Shown: positions 25,518 to 37,776, counted from the first letter of the whole stretch. The stretch is DNA of 63,423 bases, filler included, from Folioceros fuciformis (GCA_049999805.1; 3 parts of 2 records of this genome joined end to end with filler, not necessarily neighbours in it); one strand, 5' to 3'. The notes: a model not told the origin generated them from the letters alone. Translations and numbers: made by a program.

Positions 25518-27565
25518 TCAAGCGTAGGCGGCGGCGGGCCGCCTGAGCCTCAAACTAGATTCATCGTCCGACTCGGCTCCTTCCCGCCGTCTCACCTCCT
25601 CCTCTCCATATTCATCATCAAAATTGCTGTCGGTCCCCTCGTCGTCGTCCATAGGCCTCTCAGTTTCTGCTGTAACGCGCGCACGGTCCACACCACCGCG
25701 CAATTGACCGGAATTCAGCTCGCAAAATCAAGTGTGAGTGCGTTCCCAACGCCGCATCTTCTTGATCTCAATTAAACCACCGATTGAGTTCAGCCTGCCA
25801 ACATCTGTGCTATCATTTACTAGCTAGCAAGTGACATCAACCACAGAATTCAAGGGAGTTGTCGAGCCTGACCGTGGAGGTCAGTTTTCAAGTCTCCTCC
25901 TGCCATGTACATACACATTCATACACAAGTCTGAGGTCTTTTCCTTGTTTGCTGTAAAGCACAAGGCACACCAGCTGCTTGTACTGCACTGTGGAGAGGC
26001 GGTGAACCTGCAAAAGGTGAACAGGGTTTAGGCTCGTGCACTAACTTCGAAGGGGCCTCGGATTGCTGTACTAGCCAAAGTGCCTCCAAGCCTTGACCTA
26101 CATAGCGCTTTGAAGCCCAGGTGGGACTTCGCAGTAAAAAAAAGTGGACAGCTATCTCTTGATCGTGTGACAGGATGACTAGTGCAGAACTTACGACGAG
26201 TGCAATCAGTTCCACGGCCCAAAGCAAGCACAACCTGGATCCACTTGTTTGTCGTGGCGGTGATACATCATTGATATACGAGGTCAGGGATGTGCCATAC
26301 AGCTCGTTGTCGGAAACATCCCTGCTCCAGACATTCTTGTCAAAATCATGGGAGACATTGAGCGAGCCCGTTAATTGCTTCTTCAGAGTTAAACAAACAT
26401 CTTAAAAAATCTTCAATTTCCTTCTAGACACAAGTTACAGTGTTTGTAAGGATGTAAAAATTTGCCAACCACGGAGGGAGTGTGCCCTAGAAGTGGTTGT
26501 TGGACAGGTTCCCGTAGACCGGCCACTTTCCTTATCCCACACAAGAAACCACGGACAGGAATCAAATGTTCAAGGAAGAGCTTTCTGATACTCACAGGAC
26601 TTGCAAATACGTGCCTAACGGAAAGTGTATAACTTGTACAGAATTTGCAGGTAGGTTAACTCACGAAGACGAGACGCGGTCGTTGTTGCACTCAAGCTCA
26701 GTGCAAGGTAAAGGAAAGTAAGGATCATCACTCCATTCATGGTTGGAGCCGAGAACAGAACTCAAAGCTGCTCAGGCAGAGGCTGCAGAAGCAATCACAA
26801 ATTGTCAACACTTTACCTCAAAGCCGATCAGTAAGTCTCAATCGCTAGCTTGAAGCTGTATTGAAAGACCGTGATTTCAAACGAAGACGCGGACCAAACT
26901 TCAGGGCAGGGGTGTGCCATTGTCGCGGACCAAACTTCAGGGCAGGGGTGTGCCATTGTATACTTGGTTCCAGCTGGGAGATTGACGTTCAGCTCACTAA
27001 CATAAGCGTAGCCATGGACTCGCTAGTATACATAAGCGTAGCCATGGACTCGCTAGTATCACGCACAACTGCATCATTACACTTTACACTTTACCCCCTC
27101 ATTCGCCGCACTCGATGATTGTTCCACACCTGTCTGCAGCATTCCAACTTGGCCCTCATGGTGGGCATAAATGTCGCATGAAGGAAATGGATGTGCCACA
27201 TGTTGGTTATATCCTACTTGTTGCTTCTAACCAAGTCTACCGTGTTTCCTTTGTAGAGGAATGCCCACTTCTGCCAAAAGTGCTCGATTCGCTGCAGGCA
27301 CTACCGAGTTCAGGATTGTTCATTGCAGGCAAGAGGTTGCAAACCAAGCTCCTAACAGCAAATTGCAAGCACCCATATACTACGGCTTAGACAAGGCCAC
27401 TTCTTTGTAGAAACACCCAAGGCCACTTCTTTGTAGAAACACCCAAGGCCACTTCTTTGTAGAAACACCCACTAACACATGAAAATGAGACAAGGCCACT
27501 TCTTTGTAGAAACACCCAAGGCCACTTCTTTGTAGAAACACCCACTAACACATGAAAATGAGACA
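25518..27565 (-). pseudogene. Decayed, apparently spliced gene whose exon 27291-27095 resembles the C-terminal catalytic core of IS3EU/rve-type eukaryotic DDE transposases
   Basis: Minus-strand translation QRIEHFWQKWAFLYKGNTVDLVRSNK*DITNMWHIHFLHATFMPTMRAKLECCRQVWNNHRVRR, flanked by cag| and |gtaaag. GVSTK lies upstream at about 27400. Further exon-like blocks end in an acidic tail at 25518. Confidence 0.55.
27392..27565. repeat. 26-bp tandem repeats (5 copies, higher-order duplicated); 36-bp (about 26888-26959) and 30-bp (27000-27059) duplications nearby
   Basis: CAAGGCCACTTCTTTGTAGAAACACC repeated, with interspersed CACTAACACATGAAAATGAGA twice. Confidence 0.9.
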
Positions 27566-28620
27566 CTGTGGAGGGGCCGAACGTCGTGTTCTAGAGTTGG
27601 GGCTTAATTTGGTGGAGGCGAGTATTTCTAGACAGACGGGAAGGGGTGGAGGAGGTCCCTGCGGCACTCCAATGAATGGTGCAGGGCAAGAGACACGACG
27701 AGGCGGTGATGTGGTTCGCAGTTCAGGGTCTAGAGTGCCGGTAGTGAGGAGGGTGCGGAAGCGGTAGTGGTAGCTGTTGTACTCTAAGATTTACTCCTCT
27801 AGAGAGGATGAGGATGACATGCCTTTGCGTGCACGGTGAGATGCTTTCCGTGGCACACAAGGCCGGCGCGCTGCGGAAGGAGGCACGACTAAAGGCAACG
27901 TCACGGATAGGCTAGTAGATGCGGTGCATGCTTTGCACAACAGCCTAGGCCTGGTGGATTTGCTGGAAGGTAGTCTCCGCAAGCTAAGGGAATCAATGTG
28001 CAACGGAAGTCAATGCTGCCTGTCGTGCTAGGGATCGCTTGGTGTAGGGATGCATGTGGCCTACAAGGTGTGGAGGTGTAGGCAAGTCAAAGACACTGCC
28101 CTCGCTGTTTTAGAGATGTTCAACCTTTGGTGTTTTTGTTCAAGCTCGTGTTGGTAGATTGCCCTTGAAGCATCATAGATGTTAGTCTATATACAATTTG
28201 TGGATAGTGGTGTACGTTGCGTTCTCGCCTCATCATTGCAGCTTTATGAAGTTAGATTTTGTTGTGAGCCTATAAGTGCAGCCGTAGGTGTTGTGGTGGC
28301 TTGCTGCATTCTCTCATTTGCAGAGTATGCTTGGAGAAGGTGGGCAATGCAGGCTGAGAGTGCAATAGGATGGGAAGAACCCTTGTGAACATGAGCTATA
28401 AGTGGGGATGGTAGAGGCCCCAATTTCTTGCACATCTCAAAATCCCTGCGGGCTTCCTACATGCATCAAGCGGCCTTTGTAAGGAACCTAGAGCATCTAG
28501 TTTATGTTCTCAATTTGGCANNNNNNNNNNNNNNNNNNNNNNNNNNNNNNNNNNNNNNNNNNNNTTAATTAATTAANNNNNNNNNNNNNNNNNNNNNNNN
28601 NNNNNNNNNNNNNNNNNNNN

Positions 28621-29197
28621 CCCCGTACTGGGCGCCCCGCGAGCTGGTGCCTGCGTTAGCCGAGCGCCCCCCGGCTGGGCATGCCCCGCCTCGACCGGGG
28701 GCCTGGAGCCCCCGATGGTGGGCGCGTGCCCCGCGCACGCGGCCGGGGCCTAGCTCTCCGATCCGGTGCCCGCGGCTGGGGCTGGCCGCGATTGAAACGC
28801 CCTCTACGCTCGTGCCCTCTTTGCACAGGTGCCACGAGCGTCCCGTGCTCCTCCTTTGTGTCGCACAAGGTCCAGTTCACTCCGATGCTGCCATCACTCC
28901 AAAGCCTCAGCGCACCATCACCCTTGCTCCACACCCAGGCTCTGATACCACTTGAAGAAACGCTCTAGGAGCTACATGGTGAAGGAGAGGAGAGGAGGAG
29001 GCAAGGAGAGGAGAGGAGGAGGCAAGGAGGAGAGGAGAAAGAGAGGTCACACTCTCACAATAGAGTCACACATACAAGAGAGCCCAAGGGGGTATTTATA
29101 CCCTCTAGAAGAGCTTGCGAGCAAAGCTGAACTTCCCTATGATCAAGAGCCACACAGCCCTTACTTGCCCCACGGGCAGGAGTGATCCTATTGGTCA
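28621..29197 (-). mobile_element. 5' LTR (29197-28953), PBS and GC-rich leader of an LTR retrotransposon inserted into the 3' end of the L1; remainder lost in the gap
   Basis: TG..CA 245-bp LTR with TATAAATA and a CT-rich tract on the minus strand. PBS TGGTATCAGAGCC at 28950-28938. Confidence 0.8.
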
Positions 29198-32100
29198 TTG
29201 TGTCGGAGGAAGTCTGCTAGTATCCACTCTCTCCGCCTGAACTTAGTGTGAACGGACGTTCGAATAATTTCCGCGACCACCGGTACTTACTCGTAGATGC
29301 GCCATAGTAGAGCTTTCCTAGCTACCGGCTCACTCCCGCCATATACCATTGTTGTCCAGTTTTGCCACAAGGAGAACAATGATAGGGACCAAACCACTCC
29401 CCACCATTGGAATTTGAGAAGTGGCCCCCCTACTTGTCCGTCTAGCCCGAATAAGGCAGTTTGTTTGGTAACCAAGATGGCTCTCTCTGGGAGAAGTCGC
29501 TGTAGCCACCGACCGACTTTGTGCCAGATACCCTGCGCATAATCGCACTGAAAGAAAAAATGTTGGCTTTTATGCGGAGCGCCAACGTTGCATAACCTGC
29601 AGCATTCCTCCCCCGTGGCCACCAATAACCCGTCCCATCGATCTGCATTAGGGAAGCAAGCTTGGAAAAAGCACCAGATGGTTACCCTCACCTTAGGGGG
29701 GATCCCTAAGGTCGACCACAAGAGTTTGATTGTTGCCTTTTGCCGACGCTGGGAGAGCCGCAACCTAGGAGCCAGTCGACTTCGCCAAAGGACATTTTTG
29801 AGCTCGCACCAACTAGAGGTACACGGCCACCGACGGAAAATTGAAGAGTGACTTCGTAGTGTCCTGCTTACTTCCTACGCTCTCAGGCCACGTATATAGG
29901 TCGGGGCGCATCACTAGCTCCCAATTCTCCTTCAAGCGAAACCAACATCTTACGAGATGCTGTTGCATGACCTGTTTCCTGTTGCCTTGCTCTTCTTGGG
30001 TAAGCCAAAGGCTCGCTCGCCTAGCCTTATATAGCATAGTAATCCCTCTCAAGGTGACTCCACCCCTCGTGCCTTCCGCTCTACCTTTTTCCTCCAGCAG
30101 CCCTTTTGTGTTCAGCGTCCTATAAGATAGGATTCATTCCTCATCTGTCATTGATGTCACGAGCACCGCTCTGTCAAAATCTGGGAGGAGCTCGTCCAAC
30201 TCCTGGTCGGAGCCACCTTCTCTATCTTCCATGGGGTAAGCTCCCCACATATTGATGCCCACATGAGTTTCTTGTAGTAGCGCTAGCTTCACATCCTCGG
30301 CCATCCCTTCCTGGAGAAGCATAAGCCTCGCGTGCCGAATAAGGACCCCAAACTCTTCCCTTGTCTCCTTCGCTGATTTCCAACTAGCCTCTCTATGGTT
30401 CCACAGGTGTCAGAGTTGCACAATGCCACTTCTGCTGCTAGCGGAACCAAAGATTTGGGACTTGTACACCCGGGAAAGGAAATCCTGAGACCAAAGCCCC
30501 TTAAAGCCTTGGAGAGGGAGGCCCAGCACATCATCCCTATTCTTGGGCTTGGCATAGATAAGAAAGGTTTTCACCTCCAAGAAACTGCGCCAGATTGAAG
30601 CAACGAGAGGGGAGCGGTCCCTGGTGTCCAACACGAGCCTATACGCTAGGAGATTATCCATAGACCTCCGCCCCGGGGCAACCGCTTGAGATAGCTGCAA
30701 GTGTTGGGTTAACCAACTTTTCCAAGGGTATCCCATTGGGCTAGTTGCCTTCAGCACCCATTGCGCATGTAAGATCTTCATTTTGCTTGTGGGGTCAACC
30801 AACCCCAGTCCCCCCAAGTGCTTGCACTGAATAGTATGATGCCACGCCACCTTATGGGAAGAAGAGAGCAGCTCCTTAGACTTGCTCCATAGGAAGTTGG
30901 AAATTATCTGTTGCAATCGTCTCAGATCCACCTTATTAGGAGCCCACAAGAACAAGTAGTACCACAGGGATGCGGTCAAAATATGATTGATGACTACAAT
31001 TCTGCTTGCCAGACTAAGATCTCAAAGTCGTAAGCTAGTTGCCTTCCGGATGAACCGGAGACATACAAATTTACCAATCTCCGCATTCTCCTCCTCTTCC
31101 TGGAACGGCAGGCCCAGGTATTTGTGTGACGAGTCAGGTTTGACCCACTCTGTGCCTGATGCATACGGACGGCTCCCCCTACAAGTTACTGCACATCATC
31201 CTAGTCTTACTCCAATTCACATTGCATCCTGATAGCTTGCCCAAAAATCTGTACCTGAGAGAGCAGGGCTGTTAAGGAATTTGTATCTACCGATGAGAAG
31301 AGCATGGTGTCGTCGGCAAAAGTTGAGATACGCAACTGAGCCATTGGGAGTTTGGATGCCTTCAATCCTTGAATCCTACGTGACTGCTCGCAAGAGAAAG
31401 TCAGTGACAATGATGAATAAGAATGGGGCTAGTGGGCAGCCTTGCCGTACCGAATGCGTAATACCAAACCTTTCGGTAAAGGAGCCATTGATAGAGACCA
31501 TAACGCCTGCATCCTCACACAGAATTGCAATCCACCTGCAGAAGTTGTTGCCAAACCCAAAGCTTCGCAAACATCTCCATAGGAAGTGCCATTCAACAGA
31601 GTCATAGTCAAGGAAATGAACACTGTTGGACTATGATGAGCTAGAGCATTGTACTTAGCCTCACGCATAAGCAACAAGTTGTCAAGAATACACCTGTTCT
31701 GGACGAAACCCCGTTGCTCCACCTCCAACCACTCGTCCAAAAATGGCTAAGACCTTAGCAATCACTTTATAAGTTGTTGTAAGCAAAGTGATGGGTCGCC
31801 AATTAGCAATGGAGAGACTAGCATCCTGTTTAGGGAAAAGGGAGATGAGGCCCAGGTTAAACCATGGGCCCATACTACCTTCTTCCCAGATCGTATTGAC
31901 TGCCTCCATGAAGAGTGGACTCATAAACTCCCATCCCCAAGCTAGAAATTCGGGGGAGATTCCGTCATGCCTTGAAGATTTGTTCCTCGGCATCTCCTTC
32001 AGCGCTTGAGCCACCTCCGCAGTAGTAATAGGCTTGTCAAGAACATTGCGTTGCTCCTCTGTCACTTTAGCAGGTAACTGCCCATAGGATGAGCTCCAAA

Positions 32101-33895
32101 GATCCTCCCAGCCTACCAGTTTTCCAAGACTCGCAAAAATCCCTACGTAAAAGCATGTGATCAGTTTTTTCAAACCATTGAGGGAGTCTTGCCTGATACC
32201 TTGTGCGTCGGCGAGAGCAGGTATTCTTGACTTATGCCGATTCGCTGCCACCTTGTCGAAGAAGAACTTAGAGGGACAGTCTCCTTCTTGCACCCATTTT
32301 ACCTTAGCATGTTTGTACCATCCCCTAGCTCTATCCTCTTCAAGCTTTGCTAGGTCGCATTGAATTTCCCAGAGACGGCTTTCCTCTTCCCCAGTCAGCG
32401 CACACTCTTCCCCCGTTCTTCGGACGTACCCCAATTCCTCCCGCTAGAAGTCCTCTATCCGGGCTTTGTCTTTTTTGCGCTTCGCGCCCAGCTTCCTCAA
32501 GAAGGTGGTGGCTTCGGTGTTCGCGCTCATGAGCCGTTGCACAGCCGACTCCTTTCCTTGCTCTATTCCTTGCCATAGCTCCTTGACACGCTCATGTAGG
32601 ATCACTAGAGGAGCATGGTGGAGGAGAGGAGAAGAGGAGGTAGAGAGGAGAGGAGAAAAAGAGGTCACATTGAGAGAAGTTGGCAAGGGAGCTCAAGGGG
32701 GTATTTATACCCTCTAGAAGAGCTCCCTATGAAGCTTCACAAGAAGCTCATAGGAAGCAGCGCAAGAAGCTTCCTACAGATTAGCTTAAGCTAATCTAAA
32801 CGAATGATACTTAACTAGACACTAATCTTAGACTAAACACATTAGTCTAAGCACATTNNNNNNNNNNTTAACTAGACACTAATCTTAGACTAAACACATT
32901 AGTCTAAGCACATTAACTAGACACTAATCTTAGACTAAACACATTAGCCTAAGCACATTGGGCTTTAATAACCCTACAGCTCATACACCCCTTCTTCCGC
33001 TAGAAGAGACGTATTCATCCGAAAAACCCTCTTATCCCTTTTGTGCTGGAGGTCTTCGGGAGATAGCTGCAGGGTCAAGTTGATAGGGTGGTGGTCCGAA
33101 AGCACTGTACCAGCCAAAATACAATAGTCCTGCACGAATGGTAGCCACCCAGCGGGGACATAGAATCTATCTAGTCTTCGGGCCCCATAAGCTGCTGGCT
33201 GTTGATTGGACCAGCTAAACCTGAGAGAGTCCTGTGGATGATGCGCCGGCAGAGCCAGCCAGGGGTCTTGCACATTCAGACTGGTGTCCCTTAGTTCTTG
33301 CCACGATAGAGGCACCCTCCGAATATCCACCTCGCTGGTCCCTTGTATGCCCTCTCGCCTTTTGACAAAATTGAAGTCTGCCGCCAACATCCATGGTATC
33401 TGATCATTCATATGTTCTCCAAGTCTCCCCCACAATATACTCCTCTTCGAAGCCTCATTAGGAGCATAGATGTTGCAGATGCCCAGGGGGCCTTGAGAAG
33501 TCTGCAACACCACCCACACAAATCTCCCCCATTCGTCCTCTCCTATCTCCAACACATTTTATGCTTTGCTCGGGGTGGATTGTAATAGAGATGCCTCCCC
33601 TCGTGGCCGACTCACATTCACCGGAGTTGTAACTGTCTCTTGCTTCTGCATATCTTGCCCGTCGCCAAATTGTTCGACCTGGTAGAAATATCTTCTTGAT
33701 TTGCTGAATGTGCTTGGCCGACAACTTGTGTTCCTGAATACACACCACATCCCAAGCAAACTCTCCTTGTAAGAAGTGTTGCAGCCTCCAGCATTTTGAT
33801 GCCGATGTCGACCAACCTCCTAACCCTTTCACATTCCACGAGAGAACCCGTAGGTGAGACCCTCGTTCATACTTCCCCAATCGATCAATTCCCAT
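29198..33895 (-). mobile_element. L1-clade LINE ORF2 (APE endonuclease, RT, zf-RVT), decayed and interrupted by a solo LTR
   Basis: LSWNVKGLG, CIQEHK, NIYAPN, ADFN, RRLDRFY, SDHHPI; WRPITLL, RQGCPLAPFLF, FADD; CRLC...HFFFQCDYAQGIW. Confidence 0.92.
32595..32978 (-). mobile_element. Solo LTR inserted in L1 ORF2
   Basis: TGTAGG...CCTACA termini, TSD GCTCA (32590-32594, 32979-32983). Removing it restores the L1 frame (EEGVYERVKELW). Its core is homologous to the LTR at 28953-29197. Confidence 0.9.
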
Positions 33896-33912
33896 CGGCG
33901 CTGTTTTGCTTA

Positions 33913-34628
33913 CTCAGGTGGGATGGACTTTTAGCTGCAACGGGGGAGGATGTGTGTCGACTGTGCACAGCTGGGGCCCCAAACAAGAGCCAACACAAGT
34001 TCTATCACTGCAGCTTTGCCCAAGAGATCTGGAGGGAGGTTGGTAGGTGGCTCGGTTTGATTTTTCCTGGTGCTAACCTCAGGATCACGTCACAATTAGC
34101 CTTATTTGGGCTGGACGCAACCTCGGGCAAACCTCTCCTTAAAACACAATGGTGGGGCTTACTGTGGTCTTCTTGCCTTTTCCATCTCTAGGTCAACTGG
34201 TCCACTGTGGTTTATGGAGGACAAGATTCAGCTTCATCGAAAGCCTTGTTGTGGCGCATATGGGAGCATTCGTTGATTGCAGCAGAAGCTTTGGAGCAAT
34301 CCCGTCGGAAGCGGTTTAAGCGGAAAAACTGGAGGATGGCGGGATTCCTAGCGCCTGGGAAAGATACGCATTGGAATCATTCGTGCCCCTAGGGACGGTT
34401 AGCCTTAAAGTCCGTGGGAGACCTTGAGGTGGGAGTATAAGTGGCTTCGGTAGTTCGAGGGTATCATAGTGTAGGGGAGCGCTCTCTGAGCACCTTGTCT
34501 TGAGTTTTGGACTCAAGGCCATTTCTCCCCCTCTCTTCTGGTGCTTGTACATACGCTAGCAGGATTTTCCTTTGTATTGTAGTGGAAGGTACCTGCCAAT
34601 TTAATCAGATTTTTATCGCGAAAAAAAA
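33913..34628 (+). mobile_element. 5'-truncated L1 LINE (zf-RVT, 3' UTR, poly(A)), head-to-head with the first L1
   Basis: RWDGLLAATGEDVCRLC...HKFYHCSFAQEIW is homologous to 29287-29763. A8 tail at 34621-34628. Confidence 0.85.
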
Positions 34629-35452
34629 GCAGGCCCAAGCATACCTTCAATCTTGTTCGGGGAAGGGCGCTGGCTCTTTGCTGTCGGCCCGTCCATGCAT
34701 CCAGGCTTTCCGAATCACACCAGCTTCTTTCTTTACCGTGCTGAGGTTTTGCCTTGGCTTGGTCCAAGCATTGGTCCGGTCTCTCTCTTCTTATAGCTAT
34801 GGGGTCCTTCTCGACAACCCTAGGAGCCACCTAGCGCGCTGCCCTATTGGCGGGTACCGCCTTCCATAATGCAGTGAGAGATGATATGTTTTCTTTGGCC
34901 AAGGAGGGTGGCTTCTTCCCCTACAAGGAGCGCCCATATACATTGCTAAATGACGTCTTCCTCATTGCAGACCTTTTCCTGAGCAAGGGGGACTAGGCTT
35001 CTAAAGCGGATCTAGTGGTTATAGACCCCACTCGGACAACCATTAGCGATCATGTCGATATCAACCCCCGGTTTGGGCAGTAGAAGGAAGCGCGACAAGG
35101 AAGACTTGCAAGTACAGGCCCATGCAACAGGGTCACTTGTTCATCCCCTTGCTATTGAAACGCATGGGGCCATGGGTAAGGATTTTTCCAAGTTTTTGAA
35201 GACATGCGTGAAGGCCTATCACATCAGCAGGAGCGGCGTAGGGCTTCCCCTATCCGGCGCGGTGGCATTTTACCGGCAACGGGTTTCGATTGCGCTACAA
35301 AAGGCCTTGGCAATTGCAATTTTTTGGACAACATCAAGCACGGTGGATGTGACTTCAACGGCCCCAGTGGTAAGTGGGCCATACCTTATACTGACATCTT
35401 AGGGGCAATAGGGAGTTACATGCTAGGCGGACGAGGGGGTTAGGCCCCCATT
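34629..35452 (+). mobile_element. 3' fragment of a CRE-clade-like non-LTR retrotransposon with a restriction-like endonuclease, decayed
   Basis: LQSCSGKGAGSLLSARP...LRFCLG, HLARC...H.AVRD, ADLFL...DLVVIDP, PLAIETHGAMG and RQRVSIALQKALA occur in the order typical of CRE/MoTeR C-termini. Confidence 0.75.
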
Positions 35453-37116
35453 CTTCACTTTCCCCATTGCGAGTTGTTCCCCTGTCATGGGTAGATGGAA
35501 CTTCCATCTCTTTTCTTTCTATAAAGTCTTCGGGTTCTCTTAGCTAGATGTTGATAGTGGTCTAAGTACTCATACACCACTTGTTGATGTGAAGGGTACT
35601 TCTTAGAAAATGTAGTCCATGAAAATATTTTTTAAAAATATGTACATGTGCACATTAGGATTATTCCCTTTTGTTTTCAAATGAGCTTTTGAATCTCGAT
35701 TGACAATTGCTTGCAACATATTAATTAGAAACTAAAATGATGTTATCTTGGGTGGATATTTGGAGCTGGCTTGTCAAGGCGGATCTATCCTCACTTGGCA
35801 CAACAAACTCAGGTAAGTAGCCCTCCACTATGGTATCTTGCTGTCCACTGATACTTCTACCAAGGAAATGGGACTAAGGGGCCAATAGCCCCAAATAAGA
35901 ACACTTACAAGAGAAATTGTAAAGAGCAAGGATAAACATTTGGGCTAGCTTCGTTACAATTGGCTCAAGGGCATGAAAAAGTAAGCACACACACCTTAAG
36001 CACATAGGGCAACTTCTTTTATAGTTGGCTCGAAGGATTTTGATGCCTTTCTCTGCAAAAAAGAGGGAGCAGTGCAATAAAAACCTTATGTATAAATACT
36101 TGGAAGGTTCTAGAGGCTAGCACTAATTTGTGGGCCTTCCTTCAAATTAGCACTAATTTGTGCGATAGGACCTTATGATGTGGCCATCTCCTCAACCTGC
36201 TACTAGCACTACCAACAGCCTCTACCATCCCTTGTAGTTAGGCCTTGGCTACACTCTTGTTATGGCCCCACCTATAAGACTCCATAGTGATCTTGGAGCG
36301 GCGGCTACTAATGCTTACTCGTGATATGGGAGACTCCTTTGATCCAAGCACAATAGGGAGGGTCTCGAAGCCTTCCCTTGGCCCCATCTTAAGGAGCTGG
36401 ACTAAGGGGGAGGGTTTTGGAGGATGGATCAAAGCTCCCTCGAATCGGATCAGTGTCATGTTAGAAAACCCTGAGCTAGATATATGTTGCTGGTCCATAT
36501 GTCCTTCTTCGACCTTAGGTAAAGCTAATAAACCTACCACTGTCAGAGGCTTCTACGATGTCCTTATCACCTCTTGCAGTATTCTAATTATCTCTAGTGA
36601 GCTGAGCGTAACTTGTTGGCCTGTCTATCCTTCTTCAACCTCGGGTAGAGCTAACATACCTAGAGGCTCCTCAAAAGCCTCTCTCACCTCCTATAGGATT
36701 ATGACTATCTCCCCATGATAAAAGGAGAAGTTATTCTTAACCCACTTAAGTTTGTTCATCACATGATTCATCTTAGATGAGGATACCAAGCTTATTTTGG
36801 CGAATCTAATGTTTGAGCCCCCCAAATACTTGAAGTGTAGACAAAGCAAATGAATCATGGTTCTAAAGACGTAAGTTCTTGTCTTGCATGTTGATGAGTC
36901 AAAAGCTAGGTTACAAAGTGTAAGATGTAATTAGCACTGAGCAAGAATAGCATGTCCTCTTAGGCTCGCATCCGTTCTTGTTAAGGAAAGAGAGCTAACT
37001 CATGGCTTTTGGCTTAGCCTTGCATTTAGGTGTTCCAAATGCAAGGCTAAGCCCTAATGATATTCCGCATATGTTTGGTCCATCCTTTGGCCTTTTCTCT
37101 ATCCATGTAGGGCACA

Positions 37117-37381
37117 TAGTAACCACTCCGGAACCTAGAGTTGGGGTGCTCAAATAGAAAGTGTAAAGGCTAGCATTAACTACTCCGTGACCTCGAAATT
37201 GAGGTGCTCCACTAGCATTAACTGTTATGGGACCTTGAGTTGGGGTGCTCCAATAGAAGATGTGAAGGCTAGCACTAACTAGTCCGGGACCCTAAGTTGG
37301 GGTTCTCCAAAAGGAGATGTGAAGGATAGCATTAATTACTTTGGGACCCTGAGTTGGGCTGCTCCAATAGAAAATGTGAAC
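37117..37381. repeat. Degenerate 57-bp tandem repeat, about 4.7 copies
   Basis: TAGCATTAACT....GGGACCCTGAGTTGGGGTGCTCCAATAGAAGATGTGAAGG units start near 37117, 37171, 37213, 37270 and 37327. Confidence 0.85.
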
Positions 37382-37776
37382 CCTTCAAACTGAGAAAATA
37401 AGTGAATTTTATCTGCTACGTTCCTATCAAATTGTTTTATGATGACTTCTAAACGATTATATATGTTGAATTCATGAAAATAAATACGGGCATCGAGGAG
37501 CGCTTTTGAGTTACGTGCAAAGAAGTTGCAGAGGGCCAGCGATTTAATTTTTTTAGGTTGATTAATCCGGTAAGCTAGTGAGGACTGGGAAGCGTGGACT
37601 GTGGAGCGTCCTCACTGGAGCTGAGAGTGGAGCGCCCGAAGGCCGAGGAAGGGTGGACGAGAAGGCAAGCCAGAATTGAAAGCGCGGGATGTGAGCGGCT
37701 GCAGGATCTAGAGCACTATGTGCGAGTCGTACAGCCGGATGCATCTGAAACGATGTAGCAACGTTGTGAATTTGTC

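Noticed and set aside
26457-26513. LRR-like NLSNNHF*GTLPPWLAN
   Set aside because: A single isolated repeat with no neighbouring LRRs; probably a chance match within the decayed gene.
28565-28576. TTAATTAATTAA island inside N runs, also at 56715-56726
   Set aside because: Identical 44N-12bp-44N layout with stops in all six frames indicates an artificial contig spacer, so adjacency across these gaps is uncertain.
29198-34628. Head-to-head L1 pieces as a twin-priming inversion
   Set aside because: Both pieces contain the same zf-RVT region in diverged form, so they are independent insertions.
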